From: a virus
Length of the DNA stretch: 64,000 nt
Virus record (IMG/VR): IMGVR_UViG_3300025600_000001
Span: 32,001 to 96,000 of that record
Strand: one strand, 5' to 3'
Made by a program: the position numbers and the translations under genes. The notes under the pieces are model-generated. The model was not told where the DNA came from. It ran no database searches and saw only the letters and a program-made list of their open reading frames with translations. This document shows, piece by piece, positions 29,691-38,429 of the stretch. The first letter of the stretch is position 1; each line of letters starts with the position of its first letter.

Positions 29691-30749
29691 ATGATTAAGG
29701 GAATAAATAAAAACATAGATGAAAAAAGTTATCGAACAATTTGTCTTGACAGTGCTAGTTCTTTAAAAGATTTTTCACTAGATAGAAAATTATATTTTAA
29801 ACGTTACGTTTTGTATGAGGTAGTAGAAGAGAAGTTTAATCAATCAATATTGATGGGAAATCTTGTTGATTGTATGTTATTAACGCCTAATTTATTTGAT
29901 AATAAATTTTATATGTCAGCATGTGCATCTTCGCCTTCTGGATTGATGTTAGAATTTGTAGAAGCTCTTTATAGAGCAACTAGAGATGCTATGGGAGAGG
30001 ACAAAATCTTAACAAAGAATTTTGAAGAACTGTCAAAGATTGCATATTTAGCCAGTGGCTTCAAAATTAAATATGAAGCAGTGATAGGTAAGTTTATGGA
30101 TTCTGACAATCAAATTTACTATGACGAATTAGTAAAGGTGAGAACTAATAATCTACTAGTAGTTACAATTGATCAGGTAAATAAAGCTGAACAAATTGTT
30201 GAAGAATTAAAAGTTAATTTTGTAACTAAAGAAATTCTTACACGTATAAATAGTCAAAGATGGACTGTTCTAGTACAACATCAGGTAGAAAACTATTTGG
30301 TTGATAATCATCCTTTTAAGAGTATGATGGATTTATGTATTATAGACCATCAAGAAAAGATTATTCAGATTTATGACTTGAAATGTGTATGGACCGTTGA
30401 AGGCTTTTTTTCTGACTACTATCTTTTTCGTAGAGCATACATTCAGGGATATTTATATTGGAGAGCTGCTATGTATATGAGTAATGATATTAATAGTGAA
30501 TTCTACGAATATACTGTTCTACCTCCAAGATTTATTGTATGTGATAGTATTAACTATTTTAATCCCTTAATATATACAATGTCAAATGATGATCTAAAGG
30601 ATGCGTATGAAGGATTTGAACACAAAGGACATAAATATCCTGGTGTAAAAGAGATAATTTTAAATCTTGATTGGAATATAAATAATAATATCTGGGGGAT
30701 GAGTAGAGAAAACTATATTAACAATGGTATAGTAAATATTAAAGATTAG
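29691..30749 (+). CDS. PD-(D/E)xK exonuclease-like protein
   Basis: SSLK, MGNLVDCML, KSMMD...IYDLK, YIQGYLY. Confidence 0.8.
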   Translation: MIKGINKNIDEKSYRTICLDSASSLKDFSLDRKLYFKRYVLYEVVEEKFNQSILMGNLVDCMLLTPNLFDNKFYMSACASSPSGLMLEFVEALYRATRDAMGEDKILTKNFEELSKIAYLASGFKIKYEAVIGKFMDSDNQIYYDELVKVRTNNLLVVTIDQVNKAEQIVEELKVNFVTKEILTRINSQRWTVLVQHQVENYLVDNHPFKSMMDLCIIDHQEKIIQIYDLKCVWTVEGFFSDYYLFRRAYIQGYLYWRAAMYMSNDINSEFYEYTVLPPRFIVCDSINYFNPLIYTMSNDDLKDAYEGFEHKGHKYPGVKEIILNLDWNINNNIWGMSRENYINNGIVNIKD

Positions 30750-30759
30750 AAACTATAAA

Positions 30760-31314
30760 ATGATGTTAAAAAAAACAATCACGACTGTGTTCATGGTCCC
30801 AACGTTAGGTATAAGTAGTAAACTTCTTAATGATAATGGATTTATTAATGGTTATTCTAAAGATCTTCAGCAAGACATAGAATATAAAGATTCTGTATAT
30901 TTATTATTTCAACCTAAAAATCTTAATCAATTTAAAGAATTTTTAGAGGATGAATATGAACGAACTAAACAGATAATTGAAGACTATGATCTTGCTAAAG
31001 GTTTTGTTGTTGTAGTATATAAGTTAGATCCTTTATATAAAGTTGATTTTGATTTAATACGAAAAAGTAAGTATTCAAAAACTTCTCCAGGTTTTCAAAA
31101 TTTATTTCCAAGAATTAAAAAAATGAATCTTAACGGAATATCAAAAGATGAGATATCTTTGCAATATCGAATTTTTAATAGAACACAGGATCTAATTACT
31201 TTTTGGGAAGATAAATTTGGAATTACTCTTGAAAAAGAACAAGAAGTCTGGAGTGGATTTATTGAAGAAAATGAATGTTTAAATATTGGTAATACTAAAG
31301 AAATAGCTGAATAA
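30760..31314 (+). CDS. Conserved phage hypothetical protein
   Basis: 184 aa; FMVPTL...FINGY...KYSKTS. Confidence 0.7.
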   Translation: MMLKKTITTVFMVPTLGISSKLLNDNGFINGYSKDLQQDIEYKDSVYLLFQPKNLNQFKEFLEDEYERTKQIIEDYDLAKGFVVVVYKLDPLYKVDFDLIRKSKYSKTSPGFQNLFPRIKKMNLNGISKDEISLQYRIFNRTQDLITFWEDKFGITLEKEQEVWSGFIEENECLNIGNTKEIAE

Positions 31315-31324
31315 TTGTTGTTGT

Positions 31325-31415
31325 AATCTGATTTAATTGGGAGTAATATCTATCAGAATCAGATTCATTTTTTGTATCCTCTTAGGTTCTTTAATAGGAA
31401 CTTAAGAGGATTTTT
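31325..31415 (+). terminator. Two tandem hairpins/terminators
   Basis: AATCTGATT...AATCAGATT plus T-run (31325-31373) and ATCCTCTTAGGTTC...GAACTTAAGAGGAT plus T-run (31376-31415). Confidence 0.7.
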
Positions 31416-31460
31416 AATCAAATTTTCGTATCTTTAATGTTCACAAACAATGAAAAGATA

Positions 31461-32504
31461 ATGGCAAAAAAAGCAGAAGAAATAAAAGAAAAAAAGGATA
31501 AATTGCGAGAAGCAATAGATCAAATGAATAAAAAATATGGTGTAGGTTCAATAATAACTCTTGATAATAATAACTCTTTAGAGAAATATGAGGTAATTAG
31601 TTCTGGATCTATTGGATTTGATTATATCACTCTTGGAACTGGGGGATGGGTTAAAGGTAAATTATATGAACTAATGGGCTGGGAAGGAGTTGGGAAGAGT
31701 ACTATTTGTGGACATGCTGCTGCTGAGTGTCAAAAAACTGGAGGAAAAGTTTTATATGTAGATGGTGAACATGCTTTAGATAAGAATTATTTTCAGGCAT
31801 TAGGAGTGGATACATCTAAAATGTTAATAGCTCAACCATCCTCAGGAGAAGAAGGATTTAATATTGCAGAAGAAATGATGAAATCAGGGGAACTTGATTT
31901 GGTTATTATTGACTCTGATAGTTCTTTAATTCCAAAAGCTGTGTTAATGGATGGAGAAATTGGAGATTCTTCTATAGGAAAAAAAGCTAAGTTAAATAGT
32001 AGTGCTTATCCTAGACTAAAAAATGCTCTTGTAGAAACTAAAACTTGTGTTTTAGTGGTTAGTCAATTTAGAGAAAAAATTGGTCAAATGTTTGGCGATC
32101 CAAAAATTACCCAGGGAGGACACGCACTAAAATATTATAGTGATGGAAGAATTGAAATAACCAGAACATTAGCTAAAGAAGGAGATGAAATCTATGGTGC
32201 AATTATAAAGATAAAAACAATTAAGAATAAAATGGCTCCACCTTATAAGAAAAATGCGTTTGAGATTATTTATGGTAAGGGAGTTGATAAATATAAAGAA
32301 CTTATTGAACTTGGACAGGAATATCTAATTCTTAAGAAATGGGGAGAAAGTATTACTTATACTGGAACTAAATACAAAATAAGTGAGTTTAATACTCTTC
32401 TTAGAGATAATGATGAATTCTTTGAAGAGATCAAACAACAACTTATCAATATCTTGATGCATACAGAAGAGTTACCAATTGATGAAATATCTGAAGAAGA
32501 CTAA
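31461..32504 (+). CDS. recA: RecA recombinase
   Basis: GWEGVGKST, DGEHALD, SQFREKIGQMFGDP, GGHALKYY, KNKMAPP. Start placed at MAKK because ATG 31437 abuts the promoter-like TATCTTTA. Confidence 0.93.
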   Translation: MAKKAEEIKEKKDKLREAIDQMNKKYGVGSIITLDNNNSLEKYEVISSGSIGFDYITLGTGGWVKGKLYELMGWEGVGKSTICGHAAAECQKTGGKVLYVDGEHALDKNYFQALGVDTSKMLIAQPSSGEEGFNIAEEMMKSGELDLVIIDSDSSLIPKAVLMDGEIGDSSIGKKAKLNSSAYPRLKNALVETKTCVLVVSQFREKIGQMFGDPKITQGGHALKYYSDGRIEITRTLAKEGDEIYGAIIKIKTIKNKMAPPYKKNAFEIIYGKGVDKYKELIELGQEYLILKKWGESITYTGTKYKISEFNTLLRDNDEFFEEIKQQLINILMHTEELPIDEISEED

Positions 32505-32524
32505 ATAATGTTAATAAATAATGT

Positions 32525-32959
32525 ATGAAAAATGAAAAATATTATACTCCTAATATCGAGGATATTAGAGTAGGTTATGAATGTGAGATATGTCCTAATT
32601 TAGGATATGATGATGAATGGATAAAAGTTATTGGAAAATGTAAAGAAGTTTTAGGAAATGGAGTAAAAGATTGTAATTTAGCTGAATTAACGTATGATTG
32701 TTTAATAGATAGTCATATTGGAATCAGAACTTCCTATCTTACTAAAGAGCAAATAGAAAAAGAAGACTGGTTATTCAAAGTTTCTTATGGTGATGCTGAA
32801 AGATTTAGTAAAGCTAATTACAATATATTTTATTATTATAAAGATTGTATGTTAAGTGTAATTATGACAAAAGAAACTAAAGAAGATATTTCAATTTTTG
32901 GAGGTAAATGTAATTCGATTAATGAATTTAGATGGATATGTAAATTATTAAATATTTAA
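32525..32959 (+). CDS. Hypothetical protein
   Basis: KYYTPNIEDIRVGYECE...KCNSINEFR. Confidence 0.7.
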   Translation: MKNEKYYTPNIEDIRVGYECEICPNLGYDDEWIKVIGKCKEVLGNGVKDCNLAELTYDCLIDSHIGIRTSYLTKEQIEKEDWLFKVSYGDAERFSKANYNIFYYYKDCMLSVIMTKETKEDISIFGGKCNSINEFRWICKLLNI

Positions 32960-32968
32960 AAATAAATA

Positions 32969-33331
32969 ATGAATAACTCAATTAATCTATTAGTAAAAGT
33001 TTGTCACGATGCCTCAGTAACTGCTGGATGGTATAATGATCCTATTACAGAAAAATCTCTTAAAACAAATAAGGGAGAAAAGTTAATGTTAATGGTATCA
33101 GAAATAGTTGAAGCTATGGAAGGAGAAAGAAAAGATCTAATGGATGATCATCTTCCTCATAGAAAAATGGCAGAAGTTGAACTAGCTGATGCAGTGATTA
33201 GAATTTGTGATTACTGTGGAAGATTTAAATATGATCTAGGAGGAGCTATTGTAGAAAAACTTGAATACAATCGAACTCGTTCAGATCACAAAATAGAAAA
33301 TCGCACAAAAGAAAATGGTAAAAAGTTTTAA
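32969..33331 (+). CDS. MazG-like nucleotide pyrophosphohydrolase
   Basis: SEIVEAMEG...EVELADAVIRICD. Confidence 0.85.
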   Translation: MNNSINLLVKVCHDASVTAGWYNDPITEKSLKTNKGEKLMLMVSEIVEAMEGERKDLMDDHLPHRKMAEVELADAVIRICDYCGRFKYDLGGAIVEKLEYNRTRSDHKIENRTKENGKKF

Positions 33332-33349
33332 ATAAAAAATCTTAATTTT

Positions 33350-33508
33350 ATGAAAGTACTACTAATTATCGTAATATTATTAGTTACAGTTATTTCTATA
33401 ATATTAATATTTATTTCTATAAAAGGAATAATTAGATCTCATTATGAATTAAAAGAGATAGATAGACAAATTAAAGAATTACAGAATGAAAATCAGAAAA
33501 GGGTTTAA
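33350..33508 (+). CDS. Small membrane protein (52 aa, not in ORF track)
   Basis: MKVLLIIVILLVTVISIILIFISIKG followed by a charged tail. Confidence 0.5.
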   Translation: MKVLLIIVILLVTVISIILIFISIKGIIRSHYELKEIDRQIKELQNENQKRV

Positions 33509-33803
33509 AAGAACAATAAAACCAATAGATAAAGAATCTCTCAATAAAATGAGAGATTTCTTTCTCTCTATATGGTCTAAGAAATCTCATAATTGTGAAA
33601 ACTGTAAAAAGTGGCTTGGAAACGAACCACTTTCTTATATGTTTGATCATCTTCTTGAAAAGTCTAGGTATCCAGAACTAAAATATGAAGAAGAAAATAT
33701 CATGTTAGTATGTTTAGAGTGTCATGATAATAAGACTAGAGGATTTCCTTCAGATACAACTAGATTGAGGATTGAAAAAGTTAAAGAACGATTTGACTTA
33801 TAG
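33486..33803 (+). CDS. HNH endonuclease
   Basis: CENC...FDHLLEKS...NIMLVCLECH. Confidence 0.8.
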   Translation: MKIRKGFKRTIKPIDKESLNKMRDFFLSIWSKKSHNCENCKKWLGNEPLSYMFDHLLEKSRYPELKYEEENIMLVCLECHDNKTRGFPSDTTRLRIEKVKERFDL

Positions 33804-33872
33804 TTATCAATATTCTCTATCTATAGGAATAACTATAAGAAGGAGAAAGATAGTAATACTAAAAACTTATAA

Positions 33873-34128
33873 TATGAAAATGCCCTATGGAAAATATAAA
33901 GGAAAAACATTAGAATATATTATTAAAATAGACAAGTCCTATGTGAAATGGTTATATACAGATTGCACAGATGATGATATAAGTTACTATGCAGGAAAAA
34001 TACTAGGGTATACTTCTCATCATAAAATCGAAGATATAGTTATAGATTGTATAATTAGTAGAGGATATGCTCCTACTGAAGCCAATCTCTTTATTAAGAA
34101 ATTAAAAGGATTAGGAGAAGGAAAATAA
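33873..34128 (+). CDS. Small protein with MPYGKYKG motif (DUF3820/exonuclease X C-terminal-like)
   Basis: MKMPYGKYKGKTL...DKSYVKWL; likely start is later than the track's TTG at 33772 (start coordinate approximate). Confidence 0.6.
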
Positions 34129-34143
34129 GAATAAAGAGAATAG

Positions 34144-34169
34144 AAGGAGAGGAATTTTTATCTCTCCTT
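34144..34169 (+). terminator. Hairpin, possible terminator
   Basis: AAGGAGAG...CTCTCCTT inverted repeat just after the stop. Confidence 0.5.
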
Positions 34170-34344
34170 AACTATTTCACTTTAAATGTGTTAACTCAAT
34201 TTAAAATGTGAAGATGCTATGAACTTTATTAATAACCCAAGAGATAGTTATTAATAGTCTGATAGATAAATATTAATATTTTTTGTATATAATAGTATTT
34301 GTATTAATATTTTTGTATATTTGTATGGACTAAAAATTAAAAGT

Positions 34345-34845
34345 ATGAATTATGTAGAAGGTAATGAATTTGAACTTTTTGATGATACAGATGCATCTTT
34401 AGGAAAGAAATTAGACTTAAGACATAGAAAATATAGAACTGACGAACCTATGTTTGTAAAAGCCTATCTTAATGACTTAAGTCAAATTCTTAGTGTAAAT
34501 AGAGGAGATATAGCTGTTTTAATTGAACTTATGAAATATATGACCTATGACAATATTATTGATATCACTCCTAGAATAAAAGATAAAGTAATTGAAGGTA
34601 TGGGATATGGTACTCAACAAACTGTTGGTAATAGTATTTCTAAACTTAAAAAAGCCTTTATTATCCTATCTCTAACTAGAGGATCTTATTTGATTGATCC
34701 TAAACTATTTTCTAAAGGAAGTTGGATAGATATATTAAAAATTAAAATGCAAATTACTTATAACAAAGATGGTACTAAAACTATTAAAACTAAGTTTGAA
34801 AAAGAAGAAATTAGTAATGAAATACCAATTAATCAAGAAGGATAA
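34345..34845 (+). CDS. RepL-like winged-helix protein
   Basis: EPMFVKAY, TVGNSISKL, RGSYLIDPKLFSKG. TATATTTG at 34316-34323 argues for the start at ATG 34345. Confidence 0.7.
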   Translation: MNYVEGNEFELFDDTDASLGKKLDLRHRKYRTDEPMFVKAYLNDLSQILSVNRGDIAVLIELMKYMTYDNIIDITPRIKDKVIEGMGYGTQQTVGNSISKLKKAFIILSLTRGSYLIDPKLFSKGSWIDILKIKMQITYNKDGTKTIKTKFEKEEISNEIPINQEG

Positions 34846-34962
34846 TGAATAAGACTGAATATGCCAAATTGTTAAAAGATCCTACATATATAGGAGGACC
34901 AACAAATTCATCAGTAACTGCACCAAATACTATAGCAACATTAACTTAAAATAATTTATCAC

Positions 34963-35271
34963 ATGAGAAATCAATTCGTTTATTCTAGTAGAGTAGAACT
35001 TCAAGTACAAGTAGAAGGTCAGGAAAAGCAATTTAAAGACCTACAGAACAGTTTTAGTCTTGATATGGTCTTATTGTCCATAGAAACACCAACAGGGCGT
35101 ACAGTGGTCTTAAATCACATACATGAACGTACTCAGGAAGTTCCTGTTAGAAACAAACAGGGAAAAATTACGGCAATGAGAAATGAACGAGGAATGTATC
35201 AGACTGAGGTTGCCCTTAATCAAGAGGATAGTGAACGATTTTTAAAAGTTACATCAGTTGATGTCGAATAA
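34963..35271 (+). CDS. Conserved phage hypothetical protein
   Basis: 102 aa ORF. Confidence 0.65.
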   Translation: MRNQFVYSSRVELQVQVEGQEKQFKDLQNSFSLDMVLLSIETPTGRTVVLNHIHERTQEVPVRNKQGKITAMRNERGMYQTEVALNQEDSERFLKVTSVDVE

Positions 35272-35488
35272 AGACTATATTAATCTATTCCAAATGAAAA
35301 AGAAACTTTATAAATACAAACTACCAAAGATAATTAAAGAAACTCTTGGTAAAGATATATATGACAAAATGTCTAATGTTATATCTGAACCTACTTCTGA
35401 AAGAGAATGTGTTATATATGGATCTCCTAAATGTATTGATATTATCGAGGAAGCAATTACTGAAGAATTTAAAAATCGAATTAAATGA
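35258..35488 (+). CDS. Hypothetical protein
   Basis: 76 aa ORF overlapping both neighbours. Confidence 0.5.
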   Translation: MMSNKDYINLFQMKKKLYKYKLPKIIKETLGKDIYDKMSNVISEPTSERECVIYGSPKCIDIIEEAITEEFKNRIK

Positions 35489-36252
35489 TTGATATGAATA
35501 ATAAACTTCCAGGAATTAGTTGTCGTGTGATGACCTATGGGCGTGTTTCTACTCTTGAAGAAACTATTCAATCCTTTTTACAACAAGATTATTTAGGACC
35601 AAAAGAACTCATAATAATTAATGATTATAGCAAACAAACTCTAGTATATGATCATCCTGAAATAAAAATATTTAATTTTACAGAACTTTTTGAAACTTTA
35701 GGAGATAAAGAGAATTTTTGTGTAGAACAATCTCAATATGAGATAATTGCAGTTATGGATGATGATGATTTATATTTACAAAATCATCTTTCTAATATTG
35801 CTAAGTATTTTATTGAAGGAAGTGACTTGTTACATTGGAATAAGGGTATTTATATGTCATGGCCTAAGATTGAAGCTATTACTGGTATTGGAAATTCTGG
35901 TATAGTTTATTCTAAAAAAATATGGAAAGAAATAGAAGGATATTCTAAAATGCATTCAGGATTTGATATGGATTTTGTAGTTAGAATTAACTCAGTATCT
36001 TCTAATATTATTTTTGCTTCTCCTCCTGATAAAGAAGTGTCTGCTATCTATGTATGGGGAAATAGAGGTTATCATTGTAGTGGAAATGGGACAGATACTC
36101 CTGATAGACCAAATATATTAATACGTCATAGTGAATATATAGAATCTGAAAGAAAAAAAGGAAATATACCAACAGGAATTATTCAATTAAATCCACATTG
36201 GAAATATCCATATGATGAAAAACTAAAAACTTTTATAAATGATCATAAATAA
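35485..36252 (+). CDS. GT2-family glycosyltransferase
   Basis: TYGR...SFLQQDY...ELIIIND, LGDKEN, MDDDD, GFD. Confidence 0.88.
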   Translation: MIDMNNKLPGISCRVMTYGRVSTLEETIQSFLQQDYLGPKELIIINDYSKQTLVYDHPEIKIFNFTELFETLGDKENFCVEQSQYEIIAVMDDDDLYLQNHLSNIAKYFIEGSDLLHWNKGIYMSWPKIEAITGIGNSGIVYSKKIWKEIEGYSKMHSGFDMDFVVRINSVSSNIIFASPPDKEVSAIYVWGNRGYHCSGNGTDTPDRPNILIRHSEYIESERKKGNIPTGIIQLNPHWKYPYDEKLKTFINDHK

Positions 36253-36919
36253 TATTGTAGTAGACTCTACAAATTCTGTTACAGATTTGTGTATGCTTGG
36301 AACATTATATCCTACAGATAAAAGTCCATATAATAAGAATGATAATTTACACAAACATGCTTATACAAGTATTTATAATCTTCTATTTTCTTCTATGAGG
36401 TATAAGACTATTAAACTTGGAGAGATTGGAATTCTTGATAATAACTCTATGAAGATGTGGAGAAAATATTTTCCATATGCAGAGTTACATGGGTATGAAT
36501 GGTCAGACGATTATCTTAAAAAAGCTACATCTGATAATCTTCCTAATACTTTTTATACTAAGATGGATGTCACAGATAAATTTTCAATAGAGAAAGAGTT
36601 TAATAATATACTATTTGATGTTCTTATAGATGATTCTACACACAAATTTGAAGATCAAATTAATCTTATTAATGTAGCTTGTAAGTATATGAATGTTGGA
36701 GGAATATTAATTATAGAAGATATATTTACAAATTTTGATCAAAAACAGTATGAAGATAGTATTGATCATCTAAAGGAATATTTTTCAACTATTACATTTA
36801 TAGAAACTAATCATCTTCTAAAATACTCTCCAGGATGGAATAATGATAAACTCTTAATATTATTTAGAAACAACATTCCTTACAATGACTATAAAATTAG
36901 TAATAATAACTCCATGTAG
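36239..36919 (+). CDS. Class I SAM-dependent methyltransferase (sugar O-methyltransferase-like)
   Basis: TDK...HAYT, LGEIGI, SMKMWRKYFP, FDVLIDDSTH, GGILIIED. Confidence 0.82.
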   Translation: MIINNIVVDSTNSVTDLCMLGTLYPTDKSPYNKNDNLHKHAYTSIYNLLFSSMRYKTIKLGEIGILDNNSMKMWRKYFPYAELHGYEWSDDYLKKATSDNLPNTFYTKMDVTDKFSIEKEFNNILFDVLIDDSTHKFEDQINLINVACKYMNVGGILIIEDIFTNFDQKQYEDSIDHLKEYFSTITFIETNHLLKYSPGWNNDKLLILFRNNIPYNDYKISNNNSM

Positions 36920-37430
36920 CAGAATAGAAAATCTATTTGTTTTGGAAAAAGCAATAAAAAGTATTCCTGAAACTAATAGAAGATGGATAGTTGTATTTGA
37001 TAGAGAAGAAATTCCTTTAGATATACCAAAGAGTTGCGAACCTTATGCTTTTAAGGATAAAGAAAGTGTATTTGGAAATGCACAAAGAAACTATGCTTTT
37101 CAACTTATAGATGAAGGATATATCTATTTTAACGATGATGATACAGTCATTCATCCTCATCTATGGGATAATATAAAAAATTCTACAGAAGATTTTGTCT
37201 ATTTTAAACAAGAAGATAAAGAAGGAAAGATTAGACTTGAAGGAGAAATTGTAGCTCCTAATTATATTGATAGTGGTAATTTTATTGTAACACGCCAATG
37301 TATAGGAGATATTCGATGGGATTTAAAGAGATATGATGCAGATGGAGTATTTGCACAAGAATGTTATAAGAAAGCAAAAACTAAAAAATACATTCCTATT
37401 TCTCTCTCTATATATAATTCACTTAAATAA
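36885..37430 (+). CDS. GT-A fold glycosyltransferase
   Basis: IITPCSR, WIVVFD, GNAQRN, YFNDDD, IDSG, YDADG. Confidence 0.82.
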   Translation: MTIKLVIITPCSRIENLFVLEKAIKSIPETNRRWIVVFDREEIPLDIPKSCEPYAFKDKESVFGNAQRNYAFQLIDEGYIYFNDDDTVIHPHLWDNIKNSTEDFVYFKQEDKEGKIRLEGEIVAPNYIDSGNFIVTRQCIGDIRWDLKRYDADGVFAQECYKKAKTKKYIPISLSIYNSLK

Positions 37431-37434
37431 TAAT

Positions 37435-37468
37435 AAGAAAGGCTCTGTAAATAAGAGCCTTCTTTTTA
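37435..37468. terminator. Bidirectional terminator at the convergence of the two gene blocks
   Basis: AAGAAAGGCTCT...AGAGCCTTCTTTTT. Confidence 0.75.
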
Positions 37469-37630
37469 TTTAGACAACTTTTTGCCTGTAAGTGGTTGCA
37501 TCGGACTCTTCCCTTTTTTCCTAATTAAATCCGATTCCTGCATGAAATTGGGTTTTTTAGGATTAGGAGGTTTTACTTTTGGTGCGTTCCTAGGACTCCC
37601 TGACTTAGGTGCTTTTCCAAATGTTGCCAT
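37466..37630 (-). CDS. Lys/Pro-rich microprotein (54 aa)
   Basis: Hand translation MATFGKAPKSGSPRNAPKVKPPNPKKPNFMQESDLIRKKGKSPMQPLTGKKLSK. Confidence 0.7.
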   Translation of the reverse strand: MATFGKAPKSGSPRNAPKVKPPNPKKPNFMQESDLIRKKGKSPMQPLTGKKLSK

Positions 37631-37792
37631 TTAATGTCCCTTCTTTTTCGTAGATCCTCCAGTTTTCATCATCGGTGGACCCCCTCCCCCCATAGGATTA
37701 CTACCTGTAGGAGGTACCTGCATAGGAACTTTCATACGAGATTTCTTCACTGGAAGAATTCTTTTAGCTTTTGCAGCGATTTTCTTTTTCAT
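37631..37792 (-). CDS. Lys-rich microprotein (53 aa)
   Basis: MKKKIAAKAKR...PPMMKTGGSTKKKGH. Confidence 0.7.
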   Translation of the reverse strand: MKKKIAAKAKRILPVKKSRMKVPMQVPPTGSNPMGGGGPPMMKTGGSTKKKGH

Positions 37793-37796
37793 GATG

Positions 37797-37958
37797 TTAT
37801 TTCTTTTTAGAAAGTTTTTTACTTTTAACTTTTCCACCTTTTTTCATAAGAGTACCAGACCCAGTTTGTACTGCTAATTTTTTTACCCTTATAGGAGATC
37901 CTGGTGTAGACGTATCATGATACGTATCTGCACTTTTTGGTTTAATTCGCACTGCCAT
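37797..37958 (-). CDS. Lys-rich microprotein (53 aa)
   Basis: MAVRIKPKSADTYHDTSTPGSPIRVKKLAVQTGSGTLMKKGGKVKSKKLSKKK. Confidence 0.7.
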   Translation of the reverse strand: MAVRIKPKSADTYHDTSTPGSPIRVKKLAVQTGSGTLMKKGGKVKSKKLSKKK

Positions 37959-37960
37959 AA

Positions 37961-38056
37961 CTATTTAGTTGATTTTTTGGCAGTTTTCACTTTGACCTTT
38001 GCTGATTTTTTAACAATCTTCATTTCGACCTTTTCTTCTTTTTTTTCATTTTTCAT
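37961..38056 (-). CDS. Lys-rich microprotein (31 aa)
   Basis: MKNEKKEEKVEMKIVKKSAKVKVKTAKKSTK. Confidence 0.55.
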   Translation of the reverse strand: MKNEKKEEKVEMKIVKKSAKVKVKTAKKSTK

Positions 38057-38090
38057 GATAATATGATTTAATAAATATTTAGAAACTTTA

Positions 38091-38252
38091 TTATTTACCT
38101 TTTCTAGTTCTTCCCATTTTTTTGAAAGTTTGGGCAAGTGTATACCGTTTACTTCCTGGAGGACATGTTTCACTACCAAATTTAGAACCTGTACAAGGTT
38201 TTGATTTTACCATAGTTTTAGTAGTAGTTTGTATCCAATTTTTCTTAGCCAT
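38091..38252 (-). CDS. Basic microprotein (53 aa)
   Basis: MAKKNWIQTTTKTMVKSKPCTGSKFGSETCPPGSKRYTLAQTFKKMGRTRKGK. Confidence 0.75.
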   Translation of the reverse strand: MAKKNWIQTTTKTMVKSKPCTGSKFGSETCPPGSKRYTLAQTFKKMGRTRKGK

Positions 38253-38255
38253 GAT

Positions 38256-38423
38256 TTATTTCTTTTTTGTTTTCTTTTTTCCACAACTTATACAAGTACC
38301 AGTTTTTGCTTTCTTTGTAGAGGCAATAGTTCGTTGTTGTACTTTAGTAAATGCTCCTTGAGGATCTACCATAGGAGATTTTGTAGTTTTGTGGGCTATC
38401 CCACCAGCTTGATATTTTTTCAT
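38256..38423 (-). CDS. Lys-rich microprotein (55 aa)
   Basis: MKKYQAGGIAHKTTKSPMVDPQGAFTKVQQRTIASTKKAKTGTCISCGKKKTKKK. Confidence 0.7.
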   Translation of the reverse strand: MKKYQAGGIAHKTTKSPMVDPQGAFTKVQQRTIASTKKAKTGTCISCGKKKTKKK

Positions 38424-38429
38424 AATTTA

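Noticed and set aside
11831-29691. Group I intron or intein explanation for the relic-HEG-gene layouts
   Set aside because: Each downstream gene has its own ATG and complete N-terminus. The HEG abuts or overlaps it and only about 25-70 nt lie between relic stop and HEG start, leaving no space for a ribozyme core. No intein splice motifs are present.
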